DNA of 57,024 nucleotides, filler included, from Sphacelaria rigidula (taxonomy: Eukaryota): assembly GCA_964200075.2 (NCBI GenBank). It is 7 parts of 7 records of this genome, joined end to end, with 100 filler letters (N's around TTAATTAATTAA, not from the genome) between each part and the next. Parts side by side here need not be neighbours in the genome. Positions count along the whole stretch, not along the records: positions 24,484 to 32,544 come from CAXNAA020012453.1; positions 32,645 to 40,704 come from CAXNAA020012454.1; 5 more parts are not named here. One strand, given 5' to 3'. This document shows positions 25,140 to 37,775 of this stretch, piece after piece. The notes beneath the pieces are model-generated. The model saw only the letters and a list, made by a program, of their open reading frames with translations, was not told where the DNA came from and did no database searches. Within the stretch, counting starts at the first letter, position 1, and every line of letters begins with the position of its first letter. A program made the position numbers and the translations under genes.

Positions 25140-26700
25140 GGAGCGGCTTAAACCCTACGGAAGCGACGCACCATACTGCGACCTCCATACACCGGGAGGA
25201 AAAAACACACATATAGAAGGAGATATGGAGATAAATATATAACAGAGGAGACTACACGACTGGTGAAGCCCAAGGAAACCGCACAGTAGAGGAGGTACAG
25301 GCAAACCAGGGAGTCACTGCAAGACCACTGACCAAGGACAAAATCAAAAACGAATAGAAAAAGACATGGGTACATCAGTTTCCGTGTCAGCACATCTTCC
25401 TCCATTTACCCCTAGTCGGGGTATAAGCGGGCCATTCTCTCGGTCATTCCCCTCCTGGATTCCTCGCGAGCTCTTGCTGTTGTGTCAGCCTTGGCAGCTC
25501 TCCGAAGGGGGGCTCTCGACGCAGCAGCCTGTCGTTTGTGGCGAATGCCCGCCTTGCCCTTGTCTTCGCGTCGCCACGCTTCGTTGAATTCTTCCATCCC
25601 TTTCTCGACTCAAAGATACCATACGCTCATGTTCGCCCGAGTGATTCAATCGTGTGCGTGTTCGACCTCAGCGCCGCAGACGAACCATTTTCGCCGCGCT
25701 CCTTTGCATGGAAGAGCCCCGAGTGCACATCGGTTCTCCTGGAGGCGGTCACCCAAGTGATTGAAGGGGTGGCCAGACTCCTTGGCCCCATCGTGCAACA
25801 GACCGTCGGAACATGATCAGCTTTGGAAGACGTGCTTCGTCTTCATCCTGCCGGACAAGGGCCCCCGCAAACCAGAGTTGACGCTCGCGGGTGATCATCT
25901 TGATGCGTTTGCAGTTGGTCATTTCCAGCACATCTCTGTACGAATGAGTCTTACAGCAAGTTCAATCCTTCCTGCGGAATCCAACCACTCGCAGTAGGAG
26001 CTTGTGTTCGGCAGCCCGCAGACTCTCGAAGTTAGGACGCAGCGTCCATGCAACACAACCTTTACCAGCCCTGCTTCAGGCAACCCGCAATTTAGAGGTA
26101 GCAAGGCATTGGGCTGATCGTAGAGTTGAGGAATAAAGTTGATACCTTCAGAGGCGTGTCCACGCAGTGCTGATGCGGCCGTTGACCTGGATGAAAATAT
26201 TCCGCACCCGCGCCGACAGCTTCACCAAGGTAAACAAACTTGGACATTTGCTTAAATCGTTGATCTACCGCGTTCATGTGCAGTGTGGTTGGTCTTTGCG
26301 GAGGCGAGTATTGACCACAGGAGCATGGACTCCACCTTCTGACACGGTCAATCCGAACTCCTGACAGGCCAACATCATGGTCATCATTGTTGCAGGCCCG
26401 TCCCGGGACGTCGAGACTCTGCCGGCGTCATCCGCGGAGAGTATTCCCCACACCGCGCGCCTCTTCCAAGGGTTCACCATCGTCACCTTTTGGCGTATCA
26501 TTTAGATATACCAAATCTGAGACGATGGCTGAGCCTACCACAAACCGCTGTAAGATCACGCCGGCCAAGGCTGCGCCGAAGATATTGAACAATAGCGGGG
26601 ACGAAACGCATCCCTGCCTTCGTCCTCTAGACGCGGACCAAGACGCAGATCCACACTGACAGTTCGTCATCATCCAGCTGTACCCGAGCTCGCACATGTA
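25140..26700 (-). mobile_element. 5'-truncated, decayed RTE-like LINE (RT C-terminal half plus presumed 3' UTR)
   Basis: GRRQGCVSSPLLFNIF, WGILSADDAG (YADD-like), ACQEFGLTVSE, KFVYLG and RERQLWFAGALVRQ..RLPK are split across frameshifted ORFs. Confidence 0.85.
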
Positions 26701-27332
26701 CACATAATGGGCGAAATACAAATCTGACCGGTTCCATTTTGCGTATAGATCCAGATTTGTGTCGCCATAATAACGAGTCCTTTAGTACGGTGTACATTTC
26801 TGATCACCTTGTAAAGTTGAAGGTTCACGGTGGTAAGGAGGGTGTTATACTCCGTACACTATGTGCAGCTGTGAACCAGTGGTGCACTTGATTCAAGTCT
26901 GAACCCGACGAAAGGAGCGTGTCAATGAAGAAGAGATCATTTTTGCTGGGCTAGACGGCTGTAATTCACGATGCATCTCTACACAGTACGAACCCTAACA
27001 TAGGTGTCCAAAACTCAGCTTGCACTGGACTGGGTTACCGATATCATGACAGTTCATGGAACTGTTGAACTATTGCTCTCGGGGTGCGATTTTCAACACC
27101 CAACCAACCAAGCTGTGCTAGACTCACAACGGGGTCTCACTCAGTACAGCAACTGGCTACCATCCACGGATGCCAATTACATCTCTCTAGTCGAACTCTT
27201 ACACCGAGCTTACCTTCCGCGGCAAGTGTACATAACACGCTGCACGTTACAGGGGGCCCGCACACAGTTGTAATCAGACAAAGTGAAGACAGTATTGCAC
27301 GGCTGCCGGTAGCGAGGAAACTTAACCTTTAC

Positions 27333-27449
27333 CTTGCCACTCTTCTTTTTTGCTGCCTTATTGGCCTTCTCCTCCTGCTTTTTCTTCTTTTGCTCTTTGG
27401 CCTCCTGTTTTGCTGCCCCCTTAGCCCCTCCGCCTTTTTTCTTCGCCAT
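27333..27449 (-). CDS. First coding exon (39 aa, Lys/Ala-rich) of an unidentified gene; loosely resembles KLHDC4-type N-termini (weak)
   Basis: ATG at 27449, MAKKKGGGAKGAAKQEAKEQKKKKQEEKANKAAKKKSGK, then AAG|GTAAAG donor in phase 0. Downstream exons were not identified. Confidence 0.6.
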
Positions 27450-28627
27450 AGGAAATGAAACTGGGAGCAGCCGCCCAGCCTGCTACGGCTACCACGACGT
27501 GAGGTGGATCTCGTCCCGTGTTGGCTATGGTAGCAACTATTTCGTCATTATCTATTATACAATTTGTCCGCGTCGTATCGCTGATCGTACCGCGGGCCTG
27601 ACAATAAGAAGGCTGATGAAATGAAGAAAAACGAAGAAGCCATTTGATGACAAGATAACTGCCCACTGCTCGACCACTGCAACACTCAACATGTTTGTTT
27701 GTTCTCTCTTTGTTTTTCCCGTCTGGGTACTGTCTGCTAAATACCTCATTTTCCTGATTCAACTCGAAATTTCGATTATTAGACAGGCCTCATTTTAAAT
27801 ATATAATAACACAAAACAAATGGCTCTATACCCTAGGGCCTGACTGGGCTGCGGACACAACTTATTGATTGCAAAGGACCTCGTGTTGGGCAGCATGAAG
27901 AGGACCTCGTGGAGCGCAGCATAGAAAAGTGAAAGAAAGAACTAGTATGAAACAACTGCATAGCACGTGCAAAATAATTTGAGTACAACGGTGCACTGTA
28001 CACTGTGACCTGTGAACCATGCTGTGGTATGAACGGAGAAAACCACCAAATGAATATACACGCTACGCACCCGTGAAAAGTATCTGTGCAGTATGAATAG
28101 AGGATGGAAACATCCGGATACCCACCAAGAAAAATTGACAATCTTGTCGACCAATCAGAAATGAGAACCACAAAGCAACATAGCGGACCCCAAGATGTAT
28201 GAAGATCCGTAAAAAATTCCTACCGTGTACTGTACTTGTAGGGATGCTAACAAAGAACGGCTGTATTTGTCGGCACATCTAACCTTTCTGCGGTGTCATT
28301 ATATTTCCCAACCTTTCAAACTGCCAGCCCAACAGACATCAGGTTGCCCCTGCCTTCGGTCCCGCTACACGCTGACCGAGAAAGGACGGTGCTTGTCCGT
28401 CGAAGGCCTTTGTGTTGTCTATCCGTTGCTAGGGAAGAAAGACAAAGCGTTGCTTTTGGCACGCGTTGAGGCGTCAGCCGAGCTTCGGCGACAACGTACA
28501 TTTGAGGGGCTGGTTGGTCGGATCGGCTCAGCTGCCAGCTGTTGGTTCGGGCGAGGGAAGGTGAGATCGCGCAACCCATATATAGCGAGGGGGCGTTGCT
28601 TGCCAAAAGGCGAGCGTTGCGGCTACG

Positions 28628-30954
28628 ATGCCGCTGGAGGAGGGGCATACTCCGTGGTTTCACTTCGACCCCATCTTGTTCTTGCCTCTCTGGATCGGCA
28701 TCTGGCGATGGGGCGCGTACTTGATTCTGAAGGGCATTCCCTCACTATTGTACAAGCCGATACCCATCTCTGAGGAGCTGGAACAGGGGCATGTGCCTGT
28801 GTCAACGCAGATGATGACCATGATCATCCCCGTGTACATGCCCGAGCCTGGGTTCGAGGAGTGCCTGCAGTCGTGGGTGGACAACCGACCCAAGACGATT
28901 GTCGTGGTCGTGGACACCAACTCTTACCAGCAGGTGAGTTTCATTTTGTGTTGTGATCACAGATCCGAGTATGTGCTCCGTTGAGGCACATTTCCAGAGC
29001 AGCGAAACGGAACACGCACATCGCTGCGCTCAACGTATTCCCTACTGCTGTACGAGCCTCGAGGGACGTGGATCTTGTCAGTTGACGGCGTGCGGTCGAA
29101 ATGCGTTCAAATGATAAGCATGCTGCCGTCTCTGGCCTGTCCAGCCCTTTTCTCATATTACTTCGCTTCGAAGTGCAACCGCCCCCAAAGCTCATGCACT
29201 TACACAATTCTTACGCACATAAACGCAGCGTTTCCTGCCTGCACAAGGACTACGTGGTTTGTTTTTGTTTCGAGCACCTCGGCACAACCATGCGGTTGGG
29301 GTGTGGCGCGTTCTGCCTGCCGTACAATCGATAAAGGCACGATCTCATTTGTAGAGCCTGTAGATTATGAGGACACGCCCATGATCGCATCGGAGGAGAC
29401 CAGCAAGTGCTCATCGTAGTGGTGTGCGCTTGAAGAGAACTGAGATTTTCCTGTGCGGGACCCTCGTCCCCATTTTCTGGAGGTGTTCGGTCCACGTCTG
29501 AGTAGCTTTTTACTTTCTGTTGGCTGTACTCTGCGGGCAAGATGATCGCTCTGTATCATGAAAAGTATCGAATTGTCTTGTCCCTTTTCGTCAACCAACA
29601 TCACATTTTTTCGTCTCCATGTTTTTTGTTCTCGTTTTTTCTCCCGTTTCCTCTCAGCGGAACACATGAGGGCACAGACTTGAGAAACCCGACAGAAAAC
29701 CTGACCCATGATGCACTGCTCTATTCCAGATTTACCCCCGTTTTTGATTGAATACTGTGCTTACACGCGATGCGCATGGGTGCGTACCTGTCATATGCCT
29801 GCAGACAACCGTAGTCACATGTTGTACAACAAGGCGTGCGGTCTGCCAAAGCCTGCGATCAAAAGGTGTGTCTCGCTTCATTCTATCAACAGTATTTTTT
29901 CAAAGCCAGGCAAGTTTGTGCGGGACACGATCGTCAGTAGCGGGTGGTGCGCGATTATTGGGGGTAGTACCGATGAAGAATCGTGGCCTTGGGCGATCGA
30001 AGCCCTGGCGCTCGTGCCACCACGCTTACGTCAATTATTGTACCTCAAAGTAATCGCCCCGTCCCATGGATAATTCGAGGGCTCTCAAAATGTCGTTTGT
30101 CGGGTCCTTTCGACGTCGGATCGGTAACCGCCGACAGTTGTAGTGCCACAGGCTCTAGTGCTTTCGTCATTAGTGGGTGTGGTCCGGGCTGTGCATGTCT
30201 TGGTGCCGGTATCCTCGGATCTTTGATGCAATGTCTCGCCGCTCTGTCATGTTGGCCCTACACACCTCGAACAGCCAACCGCACCAAATCGGCATACAAT
30301 CGTGCTTTCCCCACCTCCCCTCGTGCGTCGTCCGCTGTGTTGCTTTTTTGCTGAGGAAAATATGGTTGCTCTATCTGAAGCTCGACACACGCGCGCTCTA
30401 GCCAGTTGGCTCTGATTGGTATGCGATTCAAATATCCTACCGCTGCTATGGGTTGGTTGTTCCTCCTACTGTTTGAACACGCGTGTATCCGTTACATAGC
30501 CCTGAATTATGTCCACCACATCGTGCCAATCGACTCTCAGCAATGTGCGATCACAACACCCGGCTGATATTATGACCTGTAAGCTCGTCTGTATCCATCT
30601 TGTAGCCGTCAATTATGCAACCCCTCACGAGGTTCGCGTGCAAGGTGTCTGACATGTTATTGCATTTCAATACCCTTTGTGCAGGTGCTCAACATTGTGG
30701 AAACGGTCAACCCTCGTGCGACCATCATTCGAGTTGTCGAGGAATCCAAGCCAGGAAAGCGAGCTGCCATGTACACGGGACTGGCCTATGTGGACACGGA
30801 AATCACTGTGTTCGCTGATGATGACGCCCTGTACGGTCCTGCCGTTCTGAAGAGTCTCATTATGCCTTTCAAGGATCCCGCCATGGGGGGTTGCGGCACC
30901 CGGCAGATCGCTCGGCCCAAGGCGGACAAGTTTTGCTTCTCGGATATCATGATG
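28628..30954 (+). CDS. Partial family-2 glycosyltransferase (Cps1 / hyaluronan-synthase-like processive polysaccharide synthase type); exons 28628-28933 and 30685-30954
   Basis: N-terminal hydrophobic segment, YKPIP, MTMIIPVY, ECLQSW, IVVVVD; then GKRAAM, TEITVFADDD (DxD) and PFKDPAMGGCGTRQ. Sites CAG|GTGAGT, GCAG|GTG and ATG|GTGAGA are all phase 0. The QxxRW half was not found on this contig. Confidence 0.88.
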
Positions 30955-33642
30955 GTGAGACATCTTCGCTCGGTTGGGTGTAACCTCTTGACGTATCGTT
31001 TTGCTCGATGGAGAAGTGTTGAACTATCTCTGTTGGTGGTGTTAGTGTCGTGTCAGCATCATAGTAGTAACAGCGGTGGATGTGGTGCGAATTCATGTGT
31101 ACGCACAGTGTATCTCTACTACGTACTAACCTGACGTCAACACCCCCTTTGCAGTACCTCTGCATGGGACCTGTCGTGCGTTCAGCCGTGCTCCCTCATA
31201 CTACTGCGCGTAACATGAACATAACATACACGCACAATGTAGAACTTTCGGCAGCCTATCACCTCGTCCTGTCGTCACGAACGAAATCCTCTCACGCCCA
31301 TGCCTTGATGCGTTTTGGGCTGGGTTGTGTACGGTATCGTCGGTCAAAACTCGACTACACGACAATTATCCGCAGATGGGCCCAGCCGATATGATGATAT
31401 CCTTGCGATATATTTCGTATAACGATGAACACAGGGATATACGCCCAAAATATTGATGGTTGCGACATGATGCGTCAGGCGAGCTACAAAGCCCTGGACC
31501 AAAGGGCCGCGTTGCAAGCTCGATCGCACTCAGGTCATCATTCAGTGTACCAAGACTCCGGTGTCCTACGTTACTAACCAAAAAACGAGCGGCAAACTGT
31601 GAAACTGTGATGTCGGTCCAATCGAACCGCGGGTACGTTCGACCTCGCGCAGGACGTCGGCTGCTACTGTTGCGCTGCATTTCTTCACTTGATGGAATCA
31701 GGGGATGTTTGATGAGCCTCGTGCGTGGGAATAGGACGGGCGAGTTTAGCTGAAGTATGATAACAGGACTCGATCTAGAAGTGGACTGCGTAAAAAAAAT
31801 AAAGGCAAGCACCGCAAAAGGAAGGTGGGGTATTGAAACATAAAAAAGAAAAAGATCCTGTGTTGACCTTCCTCCTGTGTGACCCCGGCTGGGACGCCCA
31901 CATATACCGAAAGGTGTAGACTGGTGCCCAGAATAAATGGGACGACAACACACACACAACACTGCCTGCCCACCCAGTGGGGGGACGAGTGGTGTTTTGC
32001 TTTGTGGAGTGTCCATTTCTTACCACCCCTCCAGAGAAAAAAACAGGGCCGGGCCAGCAGAGTGGATGACACATGAAACCAAATTATCTTGGTTGTTCGG
32101 CTAGAGTCCACGCCCATGACCACCTCCTCTTGAAACTCTGGCCCAGTTCTCCTCATCGCAGCGTACAAAATGACGATCTATATTTTTGAACGGGTGGTGA
32201 AACAGACGGCCTCATCTCCGGTCGCTGTGGATGATCCCGTCACTTGGTGAAAAAATGCGGATGTGGCTTCGCTATCTGATTCGATTGTGCGAAATCACCG
32301 CACCCTGGACAATGGACACAAGAATAGTTCATTGCTTCAGCAATGGACACGGGGAAGAATATATCGATATATATGATAGAACACGATAGATGGTGAAAGA
32401 CATCTATTGATATGAATTGCAATGAACAAAAGATATTGCAATAGTGGATCGATAGCCTATGGCAATTACAATAGATGAAGATCACTCGCCATCGATGGAA
32501 ATGGTGTACCGCAATAGATTCTGGGTTGTATATATCGATAGCCANNNNNNNNNNNNNNNNNNNNNNNNNNNNNNNNNNNNNNNNNNNNTTAATTAATTAA
32601 NNNNNNNNNNNNNNNNNNNNNNNNNNNNNNNNNNNNNNNNNNNNAGGTGAATGGTCGAACGAATAAGGCACGCAACAAATTAGTACGCCCCCCCCCCCTC
32701 CCATCCTCGTGTCAGACGCCTCATTCTCTCAGGCCATGAATGCGGAAAGGTAGACAGGAAGATCAGAGGGTGTTTGGATCCTCTAGTACAGCATGCCACG
32801 TTGCTATGCATAGTGGGAACATGTAGGGGCATGCTAAATTGCAAAACCCGACGCTGTCGTGACCATACTGTACTAACTATGCGCAATGGATGGTAACAAC
32901 AACCCGGAAAGCAAGCACCCCGCTCTCCGAGAGCTTGGAGCCCGTACCAACGACGCTTTGTCGAACGCTTGCGGCATGTCGCATGTAATTACGTCGAAGC
33001 GGTTTCTGTTATGCTTTCCCCACTTGTAGCTCCCAGCAGCCGGTTTCAGTCTAATATCACGCATGTTTTTTTTGTTCCATTAAAAAGGTATTGCTCGTGC
33101 TGCGAGTCGCGTGCGGTTTTACACATCCAGCCTTCTCGAAGTAATCATGAGGTTCGACGGCGATTCCGGTATTACTACGGCACATGTACATATATCCCAT
33201 AGGCACGCACACGCTGTTGGTTATGTTGCTGTTGCATCGTCTGTGTACAGATCGAGGAGCCGTCGAAGGTATGGCGAAAACAAGCAATGCAGCATTCTGT
33301 AGGGGGGGGGGGGGTATCAAATTGTAGATGGCTGCAGAGTACGGCTGCGGAACCTACCACCACTACATACGGCGCCATGACCACAGTGAACTACAGCGCC
33401 ACTTAGTCTTCATACTGTGTATATTGCTACTGTACGGTGGGTGTAACGCGGTATGGGCGCAGATGATGGTGGCTGGACGCGTGAAGAACACATCTAAGAT
33501 ATAGCGTACTCCTGACTAATCGTGTCGTGCAGCAGCTGTCTGTACTGACGGTTTGTACTTGTGTGTGCCTGTACAAGAGACAGCGAAGAGATCAACCATT
33601 GTGCGCCATTTCCAAACCTTCTACGGGTATGTGGGTCTGAGC

Positions 33643-34857
33643 CTACCTGTGTATAAAAAATCGATTTTTCTGATAAATGACCAAAAACTCACTTATTTTG
33701 TGATCAGAAAACGCGTTTTTTGATAGAATTTTCTCTGATAACATTTTTCGATAGCCCGAAGTTATCAGAAAATCAGGATTTTCCGATAACCCCGGGCTAT
33801 CGAAAAATGTTATCGAAAAATCGTTTGAACCTCGTTTGAACACGTTTGAACACACCTTACAGCCCACGGCAGCACCTGTGATGGCTTGGCTGCCATCACT
33901 ACTACTGCTGTCACTGGTGTTCGCGGGCATTCAGCGTGTTTCATCATTGTCCTTCGCTCGCCAGTAGCTTGGTGGCCCTTTACCCCATGAGAACAGCAGA
34001 GGGCAGGGTCGATGACGACTGCTGTACAAGACAGTCTGTGCTGTATGTCGTCCGTACATTATTGTAGCTCAGTTCAGGTCTGTGCACGCAGCATGTTGCG
34101 AACAGCACGCGGCACTCAAACCTTGTAGAGACAGGACCGGACTGATCGTACACACAAGACTATGAGATAGGTAGTGCTACTACTGTAGTACATACAACGC
34201 ATACAACACAACAGTAGTGCCTGTACTGTTGTCCGTGCTGCCCGTACAACCGAGTACCACAACAGTGCAGCGAAACTTGCAGCTCAGTTCACGTCTGTGC
34301 ATACAGCGTGATGTGAACAGACGTCGCTTTGCAGTACAGACTGCCTACGCACCCAAGCCTTGTAGATACAGGACCGTACTGACAGTACACACAAGATTAT
34401 GAATAGTTCTACTGTTGTAGTACTGCAGCCATTGCATACAATATAGCACTGTTGTGTGCACTGTTGTCCATGCTGTCCTTTCAGTCAAGTACTACCGTGC
34501 AGTGAAAAAGCACAACCGTCACTTCTACAGTCAGTTGGTACAGCAAGGCGGTGTTCTTATTGATCCTCTTGTGTCACGCAGCCCACCATGTATTGCTCAG
34601 GCAATTTATCACAGTAGTACAGACAGCCAGTACTGACCGTACACCACGACAAGACAGCAGAGTGCTGTGTCTCTCTCGCGCGCCCCAGAATGTGAAATTA
34701 TGCCTGCACACCTCATGGAAAACTATCTACACTGCGTTTTCAATGTTGATCGTGCATCCATCACGTAAGGAGGGCTACTTGAAAAAATTCTGTTGAAAAA
34801 CGTGCTGTTGAAAAACGGCTTTTCTGATAACGTGTTTTTTTATACATGAGAAGTAGC
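33643..34857. mobile_element. Possible non-autonomous DNA transposon with subterminal TTTTCTGATAA-type repeats
   Basis: Imperfect inverted ends CTACCTGTGTATAAAAAA ... TTTTTTATACATGAGAAGTAG. TTTTC(T/C)GATA motifs cluster near both ends. Internal ~215-bp duplication (~34065 and ~34280). Confidence 0.45.
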
Positions 34858-35212
34858 CTGACAACACTTCACTTTGGCGAATATATCTGATAAAAAGCTA
34901 GTGACGTATCAACCATGCCTGCATGGATTTTCCTCAGCACGCAATCGTCAGTTCACCTGCTTGGAGTTCCAAAAGGGTTGAGATTCTTATGGTGTGGTCT
35001 GTCTGCGCGAAATGCGAAAATATCATTACATGAATGCCCAAGTATGATATGTAGTAACTTCAGGTTGCCCGGCTCACATTCAACAGCGCGAGCCAACATA
35101 CATCATACCCTGATGCACCCCCCGAATTCACACTCGTGCAATCCCCCAATCTGAAGGCGGTAGGTGGAAGGGTTTCTCTGGCGACAGTCTTGATCGTGCT
35201 GCCATCATCAGC

Positions 35213-35870
35213 ATGAGTCGAGACCATTATCGTGTATTGGGCGTGCCGCCCAACGCCAAGCAGCAGGACGTGCGTGCCGCCTACCTTCGACTGGCGAAAC
35301 AGCACCATCCGGACATCTGTAAGGCGAGCGGGAACGCCGATCACTTCAAAGCCATCAATTCCGCGTGGGAGGTGCGTCTCGCCCCTTTGAAGTATGGTTT
35401 TGGAGGTGTTGATTCGCCATGACTCCTATTATAATAGAGATGTTTTTACGGTATTCCTGCCTTACTGTACGGTACGATATGCGCGCACAGTCCACAGGCC
35501 CGAATGCCCTCTAAAACACGCGGGCGCTTGGATGTCCCGGTCCTCTCTAGTGTCGATCATTAATATCTCAGAAGAAGGCAAAGCAAAAAAACAGCATCTT
35601 GAAGCGACTGGCTTCCGTCAACGTGTCATTTTTTCACAAGCTTGTGGCGTGGGATACAGAGCGTGCACACACACCAATCGAGGATCATGGGGTGGCCGTG
35701 TTTCAATGTTTGTGGCGGCAATTTCCCTACTTGTCAGGTTTTGGGAAACAAATCGAAGCGCGCGATGTACGATGCGAATATGGGAGACACGTCCTCGTTT
35801 CGCACAAGACCTCGCCCACGCCCAACCAGCGCATGGGACGCCCGAGCAAGGGCCTGGGGACCGAGCTACG
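35213..35870 (+). CDS. J-domain (DnaJ/Hsp40 family) protein, partial; exons 35213-35371 and 35738-35870
   Basis: DHYRVLGV..DVRAAYLRLAKQHHPD..FKAINSAWE|VLGNKSKRAMYD. Sites GAG|GTGCGT, TCAG|GTT, G|GTGAGC. The true start could lie in an upstream exon (AG at 35210-35211). Confidence 0.9.
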
Positions 35871-37701
35871 GTGAGCAGAAAAAATACTTGCCGCTGTTTC
35901 CTTGTCCTGTCAATTTGTGTTTCTGCGTTTTAAGTATTCGTGCTCTAAAGTTCGTGGAAGAGTTGGCACATGCGGCGACGATTAGCTCGCCCGCACTTCT
36001 TCGGGACATTTGGACAAGACACCGTGAACGTGCGTGCCACTTTTTTCCTTCTCTCACTGCGGGAAGGCGGAAGCGCTGACCGACAAAAATCAAGTTTCAA
36101 AGGAACGTGCTAGTGTACGGGGACTCCCACACGGACTAGTCGCGCTTACGAAGGGACAGGGTCTCCGCGTTGAAAAGCGTTGAAGTATCCAGTTGCGGGT
36201 TTGCCGCATTCTTCGTTGTATCATCACTCACAAATCATTTCTCGCGAGTGGGTCCCGAGGTGGTACCTTCGGCGAGAACGCCACCTCTGGACTTCAGATG
36301 ACCCCTTACCGTGAAGCTGGACATCGCAATTGGTGTCTTCACACAGTAGACGTACCTCCAGAATTTTCCCTCGGAACATCGTAGACCTGAATCTGGAGAT
36401 ATGCAACCTACAATGGTTTCAAGAGCCCCTGTCGCTAAACTTCTAGTTGGGGTAACTGAAGTATTGCGGCTTCACGCGACTTTTTTTTTTTTTCGCACTT
36501 TTAACCCCTCTCCTGCCTCGGGACGAGTCCGTGGTCTCGAGGAATCAATCCATCCCCGGTACACTGTACCCAAACTATATGGTTAGGGTTAGGGTTCGTG
36601 TCCAGCAGCAGCCAGCGAGGCTTCCTTCTGTCACGGGTCGCCCGCTCGCACGTCCAATGCTCGAAAGTGTGGACGATGACGTATGTAAGTATTGAATGAA
36701 ATCGGTTCCCGCTCTCCGTGCGGTTGCCGTTGCAGGTGGGGGGCGAGACATGCCGGTGATCCTACGAATTTGGGAAAGAGTGACGCATCCCAGGACCCTG
36801 CTCTGGGGTGTACCGATCGCCATGGTGGTAGGTTGCCCGATCGGCTCATGAGTAGAAACTGCAGTAGGAACCTTTGGTTACAGTCAGTTCTCATTTTTGT
36901 CGGGCGTTAGCTTGATTGCTTCGTTTTTAATCCAACTAAATGCACCGGAAGTTATGAGGTTGATACTGTTAATTTTTTATTTTTTATCGTGCCTATGTTA
37001 ATCTTTCTGGATCCTTCTTTTATGTCTGATTTCCTTTCACCTTATGTTGGGTAGTTAACCTGTGACCATGGAAGGTGTTCGCATCAGATGCCCAGTACGG
37101 AGTACTGCGCGGATGTCGGAACTATTTTAATATGAAGACAATAACAACAGCAAATGCACCGCACCAGATTACTGTATGGGAAATTCTATCAGAGGTAGTT
37201 TGCCGGTTTCGTTCGTGTTTCCTCCCCGTGTTTTCACCGACCCCACCGCACGACTGCCGTCTGGAAGGAACGACGTGAGTTAAGGAGCTTACTCTTCTTG
37301 TGGCAATTACCCTCGGAAGAAAGCTGAATGTGATGTCTCTATCTCGGTATTAGCCGCTCAAATATCGCGAACATCAGCTGCTCTCGGTCAGCAGGCAGGA
37401 CACCCTCCCCACCGCTGGGGCCTGTAAATGTGCGATGCGTTCTCTACAACAGTATTGTCATCAATGCTGCAAGAATTAGGACGGGACCCCCGTGTACGTA
37501 AAGACAAGAGTATATTCGATTTCTTTGCAAACTAGTCAATTCGACCCCGCTTCTGTGGTAATTTCGCCTCCGCGCTGCCCGACCCTGCGGTTTTTCGCGA
37601 AGAGATTTCTCCATCAACCACTCGCAAGCAATACCTATGAACGGAAGCATGTCTCAACACTGCCATAGACACCCGCTCTATCTCTGTTCTCGCCTCTTCA
37701 G

Positions 37702-37775
37702 GGATTCCTGGCGTTCGGTGCGACGGAGAAAGAACAAAAGTTCACGCCCAAAGTCCGCGCGTGGCACAACCCAGT
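37702..37775 (+). CDS. Candidate downstream exon, possibly of the J-domain gene (GFLAFGATEKEQKFTPKVRAWHNP)
   Basis: Strong pyrimidine tract ending TTCAG and a GTAAGT donor. The phase does not join directly to exon 35870, so an intervening exon is implied. Confidence 0.45.

Noticed and set aside
28628..35870. GT2 and DnaJ as a functional cluster
   Set aside because: They are separated by an artificial linker (32545-32644) and lie on different contigs.
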